Below are positions 1-9,181 of a DNA stretch of 64,000 bases, one piece after another. A program made the position numbers and the translations under genes. The first letter of the stretch is position 1; every line of letters begins with the position of its first letter. Source of the DNA: a virus; the IMG/VR virus record IMGVR_UViG_3300046093_000295. One strand, given 5' to 3'. The notes under the pieces are model-generated. The model was not told the origin of the DNA, made no database searches, and saw only the letters and a list, made by a program, of their open reading frames with translations.

Positions 1-2
1 AG

Positions 3-218
3 CGCCTCGAAATAGAACTTCAGGAGATCAAAGCGCGCAATCTTGACAGCCTGGTCAAAACGCTAATGTATGTTATTGATTACTTTAAATCTAATGGGGT
101 AGTGTATGGAGTTGGCCGGGGATCTTCATGCGCTTCCCTAATAATGTTCTTAATTGGCGTTCACTGTATTGACCCAGTGAAATACGACATCTCGCATCTT
201 GAGTTTTTTCACGATTAA
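3..218 (+). CDS. dnaE: 3' end of DNA polymerase III alpha (DnaE)-like N-terminal fragment (partial, runs off window start)
   Basis: Manual translation RLEIELQEIK...YGVGRGSSCASLIMFLIGVHCIDPVKYDISHLEFFHD* matches the DnaE GxGRGS...IDP..Y.L.FERF segment; TAA at 216-218. Confidence 0.8.
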   Translation, partial: RLEIELQEIKARNLDSLVKTLMYVIDYFKSNGVVYGVGRGSSCASLIMFLIGVHCIDPVKYDISHLEFFHD

Positions 219-224
219 ATTAGT

Positions 225-232
225 GATAAATA
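225..232 (+). promoter_or_regulatory. T4-like late promoter motif (GATAAATA)
   Basis: NATAAATA recurs upstream of genes or tRNAs at 225, 16161, 17342, 26667, 28516, 32565; resembles T4 TATAAATA. Confidence 0.5.
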
Positions 233-260
233 GATCTTTATACCTTAGGAGGAAATTAAA

Positions 261-479
261 ATGTCATCAAAAACACGAAGCGCACGAGGCACAATGGTGG
301 ACTTTGATATGCTTGCAATTAAACAGCAGCTCATGTCGACACCAACGCCTGTTAGCGTAAACGATCGTCGGAAATTCATCGATGAAAAAGACGGGGCCAA
401 ATCAAAAACTACTGTGCTTCCAGCAGCACTATCTATGGCTTCAGAATCAGCTAAAACATCAGCTAAAGCAAAAAAATGA
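261..479 (+). CDS. hypothetical protein
   Basis: ORF with AGGAGG RBS. Confidence 0.7.
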   Translation: MSSKTRSARGTMVDFDMLAIKQQLMSTPTPVSVNDRRKFIDEKDGAKSKTTVLPAALSMASESAKTSAKAKK

Positions 480-799
480 CTTCAAAACTTAAACCTCTAG
501 GACGCTCCTTTCTATTCTCTTTTGTAAATGAGACTGTAGGTGGACGGTTTATTGAGAAAAATCGTAGTACAATCATTCTAACCAATCAAGATGTTTCGCA
601 ACAAGGCAATTCTGCCCGATGGGGGAAAGTAATCGCTGTAGGAGATAAAGTGGAAGATTTCTCCGAAGGCGATCTGGTCCTCATTGAATCCCTACAGTGG
701 ACAGTGGAACATAAATTTGAAGATAAAGGTTATTGGAAATCTGATGATTCAAAAGTTATTGCAATCGGTTTAGATGAGTCAGTAACATACGCTTTTTAA
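476..799 (+). CDS. GroES-like co-chaperonin
   Basis: LKPLG...GKVIAVG..V..F.EGD.V pattern of Cpn10 family. Confidence 0.75.
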   Translation: MTSKLKPLGRSFLFSFVNETVGGRFIEKNRSTIILTNQDVSQQGNSARWGKVIAVGDKVEDFSEGDLVLIESLQWTVEHKFEDKGYWKSDDSKVIAIGLDESVTYAF

Positions 800-824
800 A
801 CGATGATAGAAAGAGGGTGCGCCG

Positions 825-1931
825 ATGCTGTTTATTGCATTTGTAATGTTGTCTGCATTTTTACTTGAGGGGTTAGGAACTTGGATTAGCGTACTCGGCC
901 TTAGCGCACTCTTTGCCGGAAGCCCGATTGTAATTGCGATGGCAGTTTCTCTGGATATTGCCAAAGTCGCTAGTGTAACGTTCTTGTACAAAAACTGGAA
1001 AGAAATCAGTTTGAAAATGAAGTTTTACATGTCATTTGCTACATTGGTCCTGATGATCATTACTTCGGCTGGAGTTTTTGGATTCCTCTCTGGGGAATTC
1101 CAAAAAGCTATCTCTGGAAACAACCAGCAAACGGTCCTAATTGATGCCCTAACCGAGGAGAAGGATCGCCTACAGAAACGCAAAGAGGAAATCGATGCGC
1201 AAATTGCGAATCTTCCTGCAAATTCTGTGACGAGCAGAGTCCGCCTAACCAACCAATTTAAGGTTGAATCTACTTCTATCAATAAGCGCTTGGTAGCCAT
1301 AGATAAAGAGCTGCCAGAACTCAAGGTAAATGCGATCAGTCAAAACACAAAAATTGGCCCAATCATGTATGTCGCTAGCGTATTTAATACTACGCCAGAA
1401 CAAGCAGTAAAATGGGTCATTCTGTTCATCATTTTCGTGTTTGACCCGTTAGCAGTTGCTCTACTTGTGGCTGGAAACTTTCTTATTGCTCGTAGGAAGA
1501 GTGAACTTGAACCTGCTGTCCAGGAACTTCCTGTTTTCCAAGCCCCTGTTAAACCACCAGTTAAAAAAGTCGAGCCAACAATTGTGCCATGGAAGTACAA
1601 TATAAAAGTTGAACCACAAGTTGAAAAGGAGCCTGTTGAAGAACCTCAAAAACCGTCTGTAGTTCCGCCTGCAGAAAATGAACCTGCTGAAGCTAAGACC
1701 GAACAACCTGAAATAATTACTATGCGCTCACTAAAATCGCAAGTTTTTAAATCATCGTTGGACGATGCCGATCAAGCTGCTGGACAAATCGTTTACCCAG
1801 ATGCACCGATTCCCCGGCAACAGGTATTGCCTTTTAAGACCTCCATGGAAGAAATCAATGTCAGTAATGCTGATATAGAGTTTACTAATGACACTTATTC
1901 AACAGTTGCAAAAGTTTACCGACGAGAATAA
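825..1931 (+). CDS. membrane protein with coiled coil and Pro/Glu-rich tail
   Basis: Three N-terminal hydrophobic helices, coiled coil, a further TM helix, low-complexity C-terminus. Confidence 0.7.
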   Translation: MLFIAFVMLSAFLLEGLGTWISVLGLSALFAGSPIVIAMAVSLDIAKVASVTFLYKNWKEISLKMKFYMSFATLVLMIITSAGVFGFLSGEFQKAISGNNQQTVLIDALTEEKDRLQKRKEEIDAQIANLPANSVTSRVRLTNQFKVESTSINKRLVAIDKELPELKVNAISQNTKIGPIMYVASVFNTTPEQAVKWVILFIIFVFDPLAVALLVAGNFLIARRKSELEPAVQELPVFQAPVKPPVKKVEPTIVPWKYNIKVEPQVEKEPVEEPQKPSVVPPAENEPAEAKTEQPEIITMRSLKSQVFKSSLDDADQAAGQIVYPDAPIPRQQVLPFKTSMEEINVSNADIEFTNDTYSTVAKVYRRE

Positions 1932-1963
1932 TTTTTAAATTACTTTTAGAGCAAACATATTTT

Positions 1964-2875
1964 ATGAAAACTTCTATTTGGGTAGAACGCTACCGTCCAA
2001 AGTCTATTAAAGACGTCATTTTTCAAGATGAACGCCAGCGCGAAAAGTTTAAAAGCTTTATTGCTGCAGGAGATATTCCTCACTTGTTTTTAAGCGGAGT
2101 CCAAGGAACCGGAAAAACTTCTACGTCCCTGTCCCTTATCAAAGACCTGAACGTTGCTTCATCAGATGTTTTAAAAATTAACTGTTCTGATGAAAAGATT
2201 GAAGCGCTTCGCAATCGAGTTACTTCGTTTGCAATGTCGATGCCTCTTGGTGATTTTAAAGTTGTACGTCTTGAAGAGGTTGATTACCTTTCACTTGAAT
2301 CAATGGCATTGCTCCGCGCATTGATTGAAGAGACTTCTAGAACATGTCGGTATATTGCAACATGCAATTATGCGAATAGAGTTATTCCGGCCCTGAAATC
2401 GCGATTCCAAGAATTTTATTTTAAGGCCCCAGACAAAGAAAAGGTTGCGGTTCATGTTGCTGAAATTCTTGAAAAAGAACAGGTAGAGTATGATGCGGAA
2501 ACATTACTAACTTATGTAGATGTTGGTTACCCAGATATTCGCAAGATCATCCAGTTGCTACAGGGCAATGTTCAGAACGGAAAGCTTCTCAACCCGCAGC
2601 AAATGTCTTCGGACTCTGCAGATTGGAAGTTTGGGCTGCTGGATGCAATTTCCGCGGGGGATTTTAAACGAGCCCGTAAACTTGTCTGCGAATCAGCAAC
2701 ACGTGAAGAGCACGAAGATGTTTATACGTTCCTGTATACGAATATCGAGCGAATGAAAATTTCTGATAAGGAAGCGGCAATTGTTACTATTGCCGAATAT
2801 TTGAAATCGCACGCATTGGTTTCAGACACTGAAATAAATTTGGCAGCATGCTTCATTTCTTTGGGGAAACTATGA
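1964..2875 (+). CDS. sliding clamp loader ATPase subunit (RFC small/gp44-like)
   Basis: WVERYRP, Walker A GVQGTGKT, SRF sensor motif. Confidence 0.92.
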   Translation: MKTSIWVERYRPKSIKDVIFQDERQREKFKSFIAAGDIPHLFLSGVQGTGKTSTSLSLIKDLNVASSDVLKINCSDEKIEALRNRVTSFAMSMPLGDFKVVRLEEVDYLSLESMALLRALIEETSRTCRYIATCNYANRVIPALKSRFQEFYFKAPDKEKVAVHVAEILEKEQVEYDAETLLTYVDVGYPDIRKIIQLLQGNVQNGKLLNPQQMSSDSADWKFGLLDAISAGDFKRARKLVCESATREEHEDVYTFLYTNIERMKISDKEAAIVTIAEYLKSHALVSDTEINLAACFISLGKL

Positions 2876-3114
2876 TTCTGGGGATTTTCATTTGCGATTC
2901 AACGAAGCGGGACGAAGTTTTTACGGATATAGATGCATTTACATGTGAATGGACTATGCGAGCTGCCAGAAATGAGTGTGAATGGGTATGCGCAAGTTGC
3001 AGTGTCACTTTCCCTGATGGGATGCCAGACAAATGCGAATGGGATCAACAGCGGTGCACTGACATAATTACTGACAACAAAAAGCAAGCATATGAAGAGA
3101 AAGGTTTAAAATGA
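2872..3114 (+). CDS. hypothetical protein
   Basis: ORF overlapping upstream stop; start reassigned to ATG 2872. Confidence 0.55.
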   Translation: MILGIFICDSTKRDEVFTDIDAFTCEWTMRAARNECEWVCASCSVTFPDGMPDKCEWDQQRCTDIITDNKKQAYEEKGLK

Positions 3115-3446
3115 CCCCAGAAGAACGTCGAGCTATTATTAATGCGAATCAACCCACAGTCAGCCTCGCGCATAGCGCGCAAACTTATTTTAATTGGGAG
3201 TGGACAGGTTGCGGATTTGGTCAACTAGAAGTTTTTCTGTCAAAAGACGGAACCCTTGTTGTTGAGAATGAATGCATGGGCCGTGATAGAGTTCGCAAGA
3301 TTTTGCATGCTTGGGCTGATTACATTGCGGACCGTGCCATGCTGAGCGACAACCCTGAAGATACTCCACCTATCGATATCGAGGCAGAGCGAGAAGCTCT
3401 TCGTTTCGCTGAAGAAGAATATATGAAAAAACATGGCCGCCTATAA
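3111..3446 (+). CDS. hypothetical protein
   Basis: ORF in operon-like tiling. Confidence 0.65.
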   Translation: MTPEERRAIINANQPTVSLAHSAQTYFNWEWTGCGFGQLEVFLSKDGTLVVENECMGRDRVRKILHAWADYIADRAMLSDNPEDTPPIDIEAEREALRFAEEEYMKKHGRL

Positions 3447-3894
3447 ACTTGACATTTTTGGGCTGTTGTCCAACATTGACAGCCCCCGAAGCGGAGACAT
3501 TTACAGCAAACTGACTGAAGACGAACGAAAAGGTTTTGCCCCTTTAGTCGTCATGCGTTGGATGACGGGAACTTCAGATGAGCGGCAGATTATGATGCTT
3601 AATGAATTTGTTAATCCGAGCGTTTTCACTTTAAGTGATCACCCGCATCTTCTTATGCAATTGTTGCAAGTTGCATCTTCTAAGAAGCCCAAGCGATATG
3701 CTTGGCTAGGCGTAAAGTCTAACAAAAAATCTGTCGAGTGCGTAGAAGTTATTAAACAGTATTTTGGTATCTCTGAACGGGAAGCTAAAACTTACTCTCT
3801 TCCGCCTCAAGAAGAAATCTTGCAAATGGCAGAAGAACTTGGCTGGGACAAAGATCGAATTGCAAAGCTCAAAAAGGAATTCAAAAGTGAGTGA
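3433..3894 (+). CDS. putative clamp loader small subunit (gp62-like)
   Basis: F.P.VVMRWM...NEFVN and IKQYFGISEREAK pattern; near the gp44-like gene. Confidence 0.6.
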   Translation: MAAYKLDIFGLLSNIDSPRSGDIYSKLTEDERKGFAPLVVMRWMTGTSDERQIMMLNEFVNPSVFTLSDHPHLLMQLLQVASSKKPKRYAWLGVKSNKKSVECVEVIKQYFGISEREAKTYSLPPQEEILQMAEELGWDKDRIAKLKKEFKSE

Positions 3895-4222
3895 ATATAC
3901 TCCTGATGGCTGGGTTGTAGTAGAGATCAAAGATGCTAATAAAACAGTGTTTAGGATCTTAGCATCCTGGTATGGGGGTTTTGCGGGCGTAGATTCGTGG
4001 AAACTTGGTTCTTCTATTGAGCATGTTGTTAAGCATGAAGATTTTTTCGAATTCAAAAATTCAAGTGGTAGCACTTATTTCTGCCAAAACGCTTCACATA
4101 GGATGACTATGTTAGCACGTTCAATTTATAATACGCTTTGTGCTGATGCTGCAAAATTTAATGGCAGCATTCGTATTTTGGAAATTAGTGAAATTGAAAC
4201 ATTGAATGGCAAACTTCGCTAA
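3887..4222 (+). CDS. hypothetical protein
   Basis: GTG start overlapping the previous stop (MSEYTPDGWVVV). Confidence 0.65.
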   Translation: MSEYTPDGWVVVEIKDANKTVFRILASWYGGFAGVDSWKLGSSIEHVVKHEDFFEFKNSSGSTYFCQNASHRMTMLARSIYNTLCADAAKFNGSIRILEISEIETLNGKLR

Positions 4223-4322
4223 AAATCACCTGCCATATTGCAAAACCTGCACGCAAACAGCCTTCGCAAATGTCTGCGTTTAGTTGGCCTGGAGATTAGG
4301 GCAAAAACAAATAAGGAATAGC

Positions 4323-4925
4323 ATGCCAATACGATTTTCTAGATATGGTTTACGGGTTTCAAATCGCAAAAAGCGTAAAGCGACGTACATATTTGCGAAG
4401 CGGCTAATGGTTCGATATCCAGAATGTGCCTATAATGGAGATTTTTATTGCGATCGGTTTTACGATCCCGGGCATAACTGGCAATTGGTAGACTTTCATT
4501 TTTTCCATTCCCAAAAGAAGCTATATTTTGCTGTAGCCATGTCTACGGTGAATTATGAAGCCTACGCCCTGATTGAAGACAAAGCAATTGAGCTTGCAGA
4601 CTTCCCAAGTTTCATTAAAGACAAAAAAGATGGTACAATTATGGCAGTACTGCCATTTAATGAAGCTTACAGAGAGGCCAGAAAACGAAAGAAGAAAATA
4701 CAAGCCGAACTTTCAGCTCTGCCAGTAAAAGTGCAGCCAAAAATTGTTGTCAAAGACTATGGTTTGCCCGTAGTTGGTCTCCATGTAACTGTAAATACGC
4801 CACATATAGATGAACATGTCATTAGAAATTTTATCAGATTCTTCCGTGGATTCGGAGAACCTACTAAACCGGGATGGAAATGGAAAGGTGAAACAGTCAC
4901 AGCAAAACCCACCAAGGGTCCCTAA
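4323..4925 (+). CDS. hypothetical protein
   Basis: ORF; ATG 4323 with AAGGA RBS. Confidence 0.6.
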   Translation: MPIRFSRYGLRVSNRKKRKATYIFAKRLMVRYPECAYNGDFYCDRFYDPGHNWQLVDFHFFHSQKKLYFAVAMSTVNYEAYALIEDKAIELADFPSFIKDKKDGTIMAVLPFNEAYREARKRKKKIQAELSALPVKVQPKIVVKDYGLPVVGLHVTVNTPHIDEHVIRNFIRFFRGFGEPTKPGWKWKGETVTAKPTKGP

Positions 4926-5667
4926 AATTCTTAATGCTGAAGAGATTGCAGCACGTAGGATTCCTTTAGAAGATGCGGAAATAAATTTGGGCAAAATTGG
5001 CAACTGGTATTGTCACTATTGCACAAAAAGGTTTGCCACTGAAACTACCTTCATGAAGCATTTTTGCGAACCGCGTAGACGTGCTCAAGAGTTGCTAAGT
5101 CCTGTTGGACAAACTGCTTATGGGTTCTATCGTGAATGGATGCGGCAGAAGAAATTTAGTCAGCCTTCTTCTGCCGCATTCTTGGAGTCCAAATATTACC
5201 GCGCATTCATTAATTTCTCTGAACTTGTAGTAAAAGCAAATATTTCCAACCCGAACAAATTTATTTCGTTGATGGTCGAAGGCAATATTTTGCCAATTCT
5301 TTGGTGCCGCGATTCTGCTTATGCACTGTACTTAGATTGGTCAGACAAAATTTCAGATCCGCTAGATCAAGTTCAAGATTCGATTTCTTATTTGATTGAT
5401 ACTGCAGGTAAGGAGAAGGTTGATTTACGAGAGATTTTTACCCATCTCGGGCCGAATACCGTTTTGTCTTTAATTAGACAACGTAGGTTGACTCCTTGGT
5501 TGCTATTCTGTTCTACAAGCTTTGGTGCTTTTTTAAAGACTCTGGACATGTCACAGCTTAAAGCTTTCAATCAGGTAGTAAATTCTGCTTATTGGGCAGA
5601 ACGTTTTAAAACTGAGAAAGCAGCCATTGACAATATTAAGCATATTGCAAAAGAGATGGGGCTCTAA
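4810..5667 (+). CDS. C2H2 zinc-finger-containing protein (start uncertain)
   Basis: YCHYCTKRFATETTFMKHFC; abuts the mini-DnaE gene. Confidence 0.65.
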   Translation: MNMSLEILSDSSVDSENLLNRDGNGKVKQSQQNPPRVPKILNAEEIAARRIPLEDAEINLGKIGNWYCHYCTKRFATETTFMKHFCEPRRRAQELLSPVGQTAYGFYREWMRQKKFSQPSSAAFLESKYYRAFINFSELVVKANISNPNKFISLMVEGNILPILWCRDSAYALYLDWSDKISDPLDQVQDSISYLIDTAGKEKVDLREIFTHLGPNTVLSLIRQRRLTPWLLFCSTSFGAFLKTLDMSQLKAFNQVVNSAYWAERFKTEKAAIDNIKHIAKEMGL

Positions 5668-6236
5668 TGGATGTCGATATTGATATAGTAAACACGTTTA
5701 ACCCAAGTAAGGCTTTCGGATGGACTAAAGCAAGCATGGTTAAGAATGGGAAACTCGGTCCACATCCTTGTGGAGTATACCCCCAACCTGTTCCGGTTGA
5801 TCATCTCACGAAGCTCTGTGCTATTCCATATGAAGAAGCCGAACAGGTCGGTTTTATGAAAATCGACTTTTTACATCTTAATGTATACTCGCATTTCAAA
5901 TCGCGACAGGAAATCGAGGAGCTCTTATGCCTTGAACCGGATTGGTCAATTCTTTTAGACCCTGAACATCAGCCCAAATTGTTTCAATTAGCAAATCATT
6001 CATCTGTACTAGATGCTATAAAGCCCAAAAGTATTGTACAATTAGCAGACGTTTTAGCGCTTATTAGACCAGGAAAAAAGAAACTGTTAACGCTCTATCA
6101 AGCACATCCTATAGCAACAAGAACACTGTTGTATGCCAAAGATGAAAACGGTTATACTTTTAAAAAGGCCCACAGTATTGCATACGCTCACGTTATCGTC
6201 CTTCAACTATTTTTAATTCAAGCCGGAGTTTTATGA
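5667..6236 (+). CDS. dnaE: miniature DNA polymerase III alpha (DnaE)-like catalytic fragment
   Basis: DVDID (PDxDxD), HPCGV (HAAGV), KIDFLHL (KFDFLGL), LALIRPG (ALYRPG), GYTFKKAHSIAYA (GYGFNKSHxxAYA). Confidence 0.85.
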   Translation: MDVDIDIVNTFNPSKAFGWTKASMVKNGKLGPHPCGVYPQPVPVDHLTKLCAIPYEEAEQVGFMKIDFLHLNVYSHFKSRQEIEELLCLEPDWSILLDPEHQPKLFQLANHSSVLDAIKPKSIVQLADVLALIRPGKKKLLTLYQAHPIATRTLLYAKDENGYTFKKAHSIAYAHVIVLQLFLIQAGVL

Positions 6237-6526
6237 AACAACTTTCCCAAAAAACCATCGATCTGCTAGACATTCTTCAAGAAGAGTGTGCTGAAGTAAT
6301 TCAAGCTATCTCGAAAATTAAGCGATTCGGGGTTGACAGCTATCACCCAGAAGATCCGTTTCGAACATCCAATATTCAACACCTAGTCATAGAACTTGGT
6401 GATGTGGTTGGCATGACTGACATGATTATGAACACTGAGCTATCACAGATGAATTTGAACTGGGATACTATTACCGAAGCTGCAAATAGCAAAAAGGCAA
6501 AAATTAAGAAGTTCATGCGAGACTGA
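6233..6526 (+). CDS. MazG-like nucleotide pyrophosphohydrolase
   Basis: LQEECAEVIQA...ELGDV motif. Confidence 0.75.
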   Translation: MKQLSQKTIDLLDILQEECAEVIQAISKIKRFGVDSYHPEDPFRTSNIQHLVIELGDVVGMTDMIMNTELSQMNLNWDTITEAANSKKAKIKKFMRD

Positions 6527-6558
6527 AGGGCGTAATTTTTTTAGTCGAAGGAATTAAA

Positions 6559-7665
6559 ATGGATGTTTATAAAGTCGGAGGCGCCGTTCGCGATCAACTC
6601 ATGGGGCGCGAGCCGAAGGATGTTGATTGGGTCGTAGTCGGGTCTTCGACTGAAGAAATGATTCGACTCGGCTTTAAGCAAGTTGGGGCATCATTTCCAG
6701 TGTTCCTCCATCCCGAAACAGGGGATGAATGGGCTTTGGCTAGAACTGAGCAAAAGGCTGGTGTTGGTCATACAGGATTTTCTGTAGAGACTGAAAACGT
6801 CACAATCGAATCAGACCTTAAGCGTCGGGATTTTACAACCAACTCGATAGCTTTCAACCCCGTAAACGGGGAATACATTGATCCATATGGCGGCGTGAAA
6901 GACATCAAAGCAAAAATTCTTCGCCATACATCTTTAGCATTTTCTGAAGATCCTTTGCGCGTTGTTCGACTTGCTAGATTTTATGCTCGCTATTCTGAAT
7001 TTTCTGTTGCTGATGAAACCATGGAATTGTCAAAGCAGATTGTTAAATCTGGTGAAATGGATACCATTTCAAAAGAGCGATTTGTAAAAGAGTTTGAGAA
7101 AGTCATCCTTGACGATGGTTCAGACTTTGGCCGATTCGTTGATCTTCTTTACAAACTTGGCGTATTTCAGAACGTGCGTTTTTTCAAAGATGTTTTTGGG
7201 GATATAAGTAGTTCACATCTTCTTGAAATGAAAAAACATTTTGAAGCTGCACGTAAGTGTAACTTGGAAACGAGTGAGATTTTAGTTGCGACTTTTTCTT
7301 CAGTTATGGCGCCAAATGCAGCAAAGGTTTTTGGAAATGATGTTAACGGTGCTTTAAATGCTTTGCAAATTTTTACTTCTGCTGACTATTCAGCAGAAGG
7401 TGTTGTTTATGCTCTAGTAAAGACTCGTTCTACGAATGCTATTAGCACGCACGCAAACTGTGCCCTAAATGTTTTGGCGGCACTTTGGCCGATACAACAA
7501 AATAACTTGCTTTTTTCAGCACATGATTGGAGAAAATTCGCTTCAATCACGTCAAATCTTGATATAATCAACCTCGTAGCAAATTTTGCTGGTAAAGAAC
7601 TTGGACGCCAAATTAGTTTGGCAATGATTACTGCCATTCGACAGGAGATGAATAATGAAAGCTGA
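6559..7665 (+). CDS. cca: tRNA nucleotidyltransferase (CCA-adding enzyme)
   Basis: VGGAVRD..D.D, DL.RRDFT.N, F.EDPLRV.R.ARF. Confidence 0.92.
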   Translation: MDVYKVGGAVRDQLMGREPKDVDWVVVGSSTEEMIRLGFKQVGASFPVFLHPETGDEWALARTEQKAGVGHTGFSVETENVTIESDLKRRDFTTNSIAFNPVNGEYIDPYGGVKDIKAKILRHTSLAFSEDPLRVVRLARFYARYSEFSVADETMELSKQIVKSGEMDTISKERFVKEFEKVILDDGSDFGRFVDLLYKLGVFQNVRFFKDVFGDISSSHLLEMKKHFEAARKCNLETSEILVATFSSVMAPNAAKVFGNDVNGALNALQIFTSADYSAEGVVYALVKTRSTNAISTHANCALNVLAALWPIQQNNLLFSAHDWRKFASITSNLDIINLVANFAGKELGRQISLAMITAIRQEMNNES

Positions 7666-8680
7666 AAAAGAAACGACACTGTTTACGGTACCTAGTGGCT
7701 CTCGTCTTTATGGAACTTTCGGACCAGAATCTGACTATGACTATAAGGCCGTAGTTCTTCCAAAGCTTGATGATCTGCTGCTTAATAAGAAGGTAACTAA
7801 TCGCAAGGAAAAGCCCGAAGGGCGTTCACAGAGCGATAAAGTGCAGGCTGGGGAATCAGAAACCGAATACTTGCCGCTTCAGGTATTTTTTGATGATTTC
7901 TTTAACGGGCAAACTTACGCATTGGAAGTTGCATTTGCCGTTCTTAATGGCGAATCAGAACGTGTTAAGCCTTCAGAAGTTCAAATGATGAGGGAGATGG
8001 TTGATCATTATATGACCAATTCTGTGAAGAAGATGGTCGGTTATGCTATCTCGCAGTCGAAAGCTTACGGCCTTAAAAATGATCGATACACTTCATTGAA
8101 GAAGGTTGTCGATACGATCAAAGATTACTTTGGTTCAGAGACTGAAGTAATGCGTAAAGCCCGGCTTGATTCTCCTGAGTCCTCTGAGCTGATTGACAAA
8201 ATCCTCAAGTTTCCAAACGTCACACGTATAGAAATTCTCAATGCTAAAGGAGGAATTGAAACCGCTCCTGGCATTCAAGTTATTTCTCCAAAGTTTTTGA
8301 TGTCTAATACTTGGTGGCAAGTTTACAGTTCACTGTTGAATACGCTAGATTCATACGGGGAACGCGTTAAAAGCTTTGAGGGCCAGCATGCAGATTGGAA
8401 AGCGTTGAGCCATGCAATTCGCATTGTTGAACAGATTGTTGAGATTTCAAGAACCGGAGCGCTAATATTCCCACGACCTAATTCTGATTATCTGCGCTCT
8501 GTAAAAGAGGGAAAAGAAACAATTGAAGGGGCTTTGGCCTATCTTGATGCCCGTTTCGAAGAAGTAGATGAAGCTGTTGCTAAATCAGTTTTGAAGGAAA
8601 AGACTCAAGAATTGACTGACCAATTTAATATGTTTAAGTTGTCACACCTAAAGCGTCTTTACAATCTCACCGCTTTTTAA
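7655..8680 (+). CDS. Pol-beta superfamily nucleotidyltransferase
   Basis: SGSRLYG...SDYDY motif; WKALSHAIR. Confidence 0.75.
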   Translation: MKAEKETTLFTVPSGSRLYGTFGPESDYDYKAVVLPKLDDLLLNKKVTNRKEKPEGRSQSDKVQAGESETEYLPLQVFFDDFFNGQTYALEVAFAVLNGESERVKPSEVQMMREMVDHYMTNSVKKMVGYAISQSKAYGLKNDRYTSLKKVVDTIKDYFGSETEVMRKARLDSPESSELIDKILKFPNVTRIEILNAKGGIETAPGIQVISPKFLMSNTWWQVYSSLLNTLDSYGERVKSFEGQHADWKALSHAIRIVEQIVEISRTGALIFPRPNSDYLRSVKEGKETIEGALAYLDARFEEVDEAVAKSVLKEKTQELTDQFNMFKLSHLKRLYNLTAF

Positions 8681-9083
8681 GTCGAACTGGCGTTCCTTCG
8701 ACTACAGGAATTGCTTTTCTTCGTTTTATTTTCGATTCCGTATTAGCATGATTAAAAGTAGTGCCAATTATACGTGAAACATAGTTAGCATCAAAGGTCT
8801 TATAGATTGGCGAAAGCACGTCTGTAAGGCCTTTTGCTGCGAGCTCTACAGATAGCGGGTGATCATCAGAGGCTCCATAAAACCAAAGATTTGCTACGCT
8901 TAGAAATTGTTGAATTGGTATATTTTCAGCTTCGGCATAATCTAGCACGTATGCCGTAATTTCATCAGATGAAATCCTATCAATAACGCAGAGATAATGT
9001 TCCCTTTTATATTCCAAGAGGGACACGTAAGATGCTTCCCCCGTATCTTCAACGCACAAGGTCGGTGCTTGATTTTTAGCCAT
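8667..9083 (-). CDS. hypothetical protein
   Basis: Minus-strand ORF with AAGGA RBS filling the gap between + genes. Confidence 0.7.
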   Translation of the reverse strand: MAKNQAPTLCVEDTGEASYVSLLEYKREHYLCVIDRISSDEITAYVLDYAEAENIPIQQFLSVANLWFYGASDDHPLSVELAAKGLTDVLSPIYKTFDANYVSRIIGTTFNHANTESKIKRRKAIPVVEGTPVRLKKR

Positions 9084-9181
9084 AAATTCCTTTTATTTTT
9101 GCAAAATATTATTTATGTCTTCTTTCAAAGCGTTTATTTTTGCGGTATAATCGATTATGCAACCAAAAATAAGGAATTAAA

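Noticed and set aside
3-6236. Split-intein DnaE
   Set aside because: Neither fragment carries intein sequence at the junction (no Cys/Ser-start IN domain, no His-Asn-ending IC domain).
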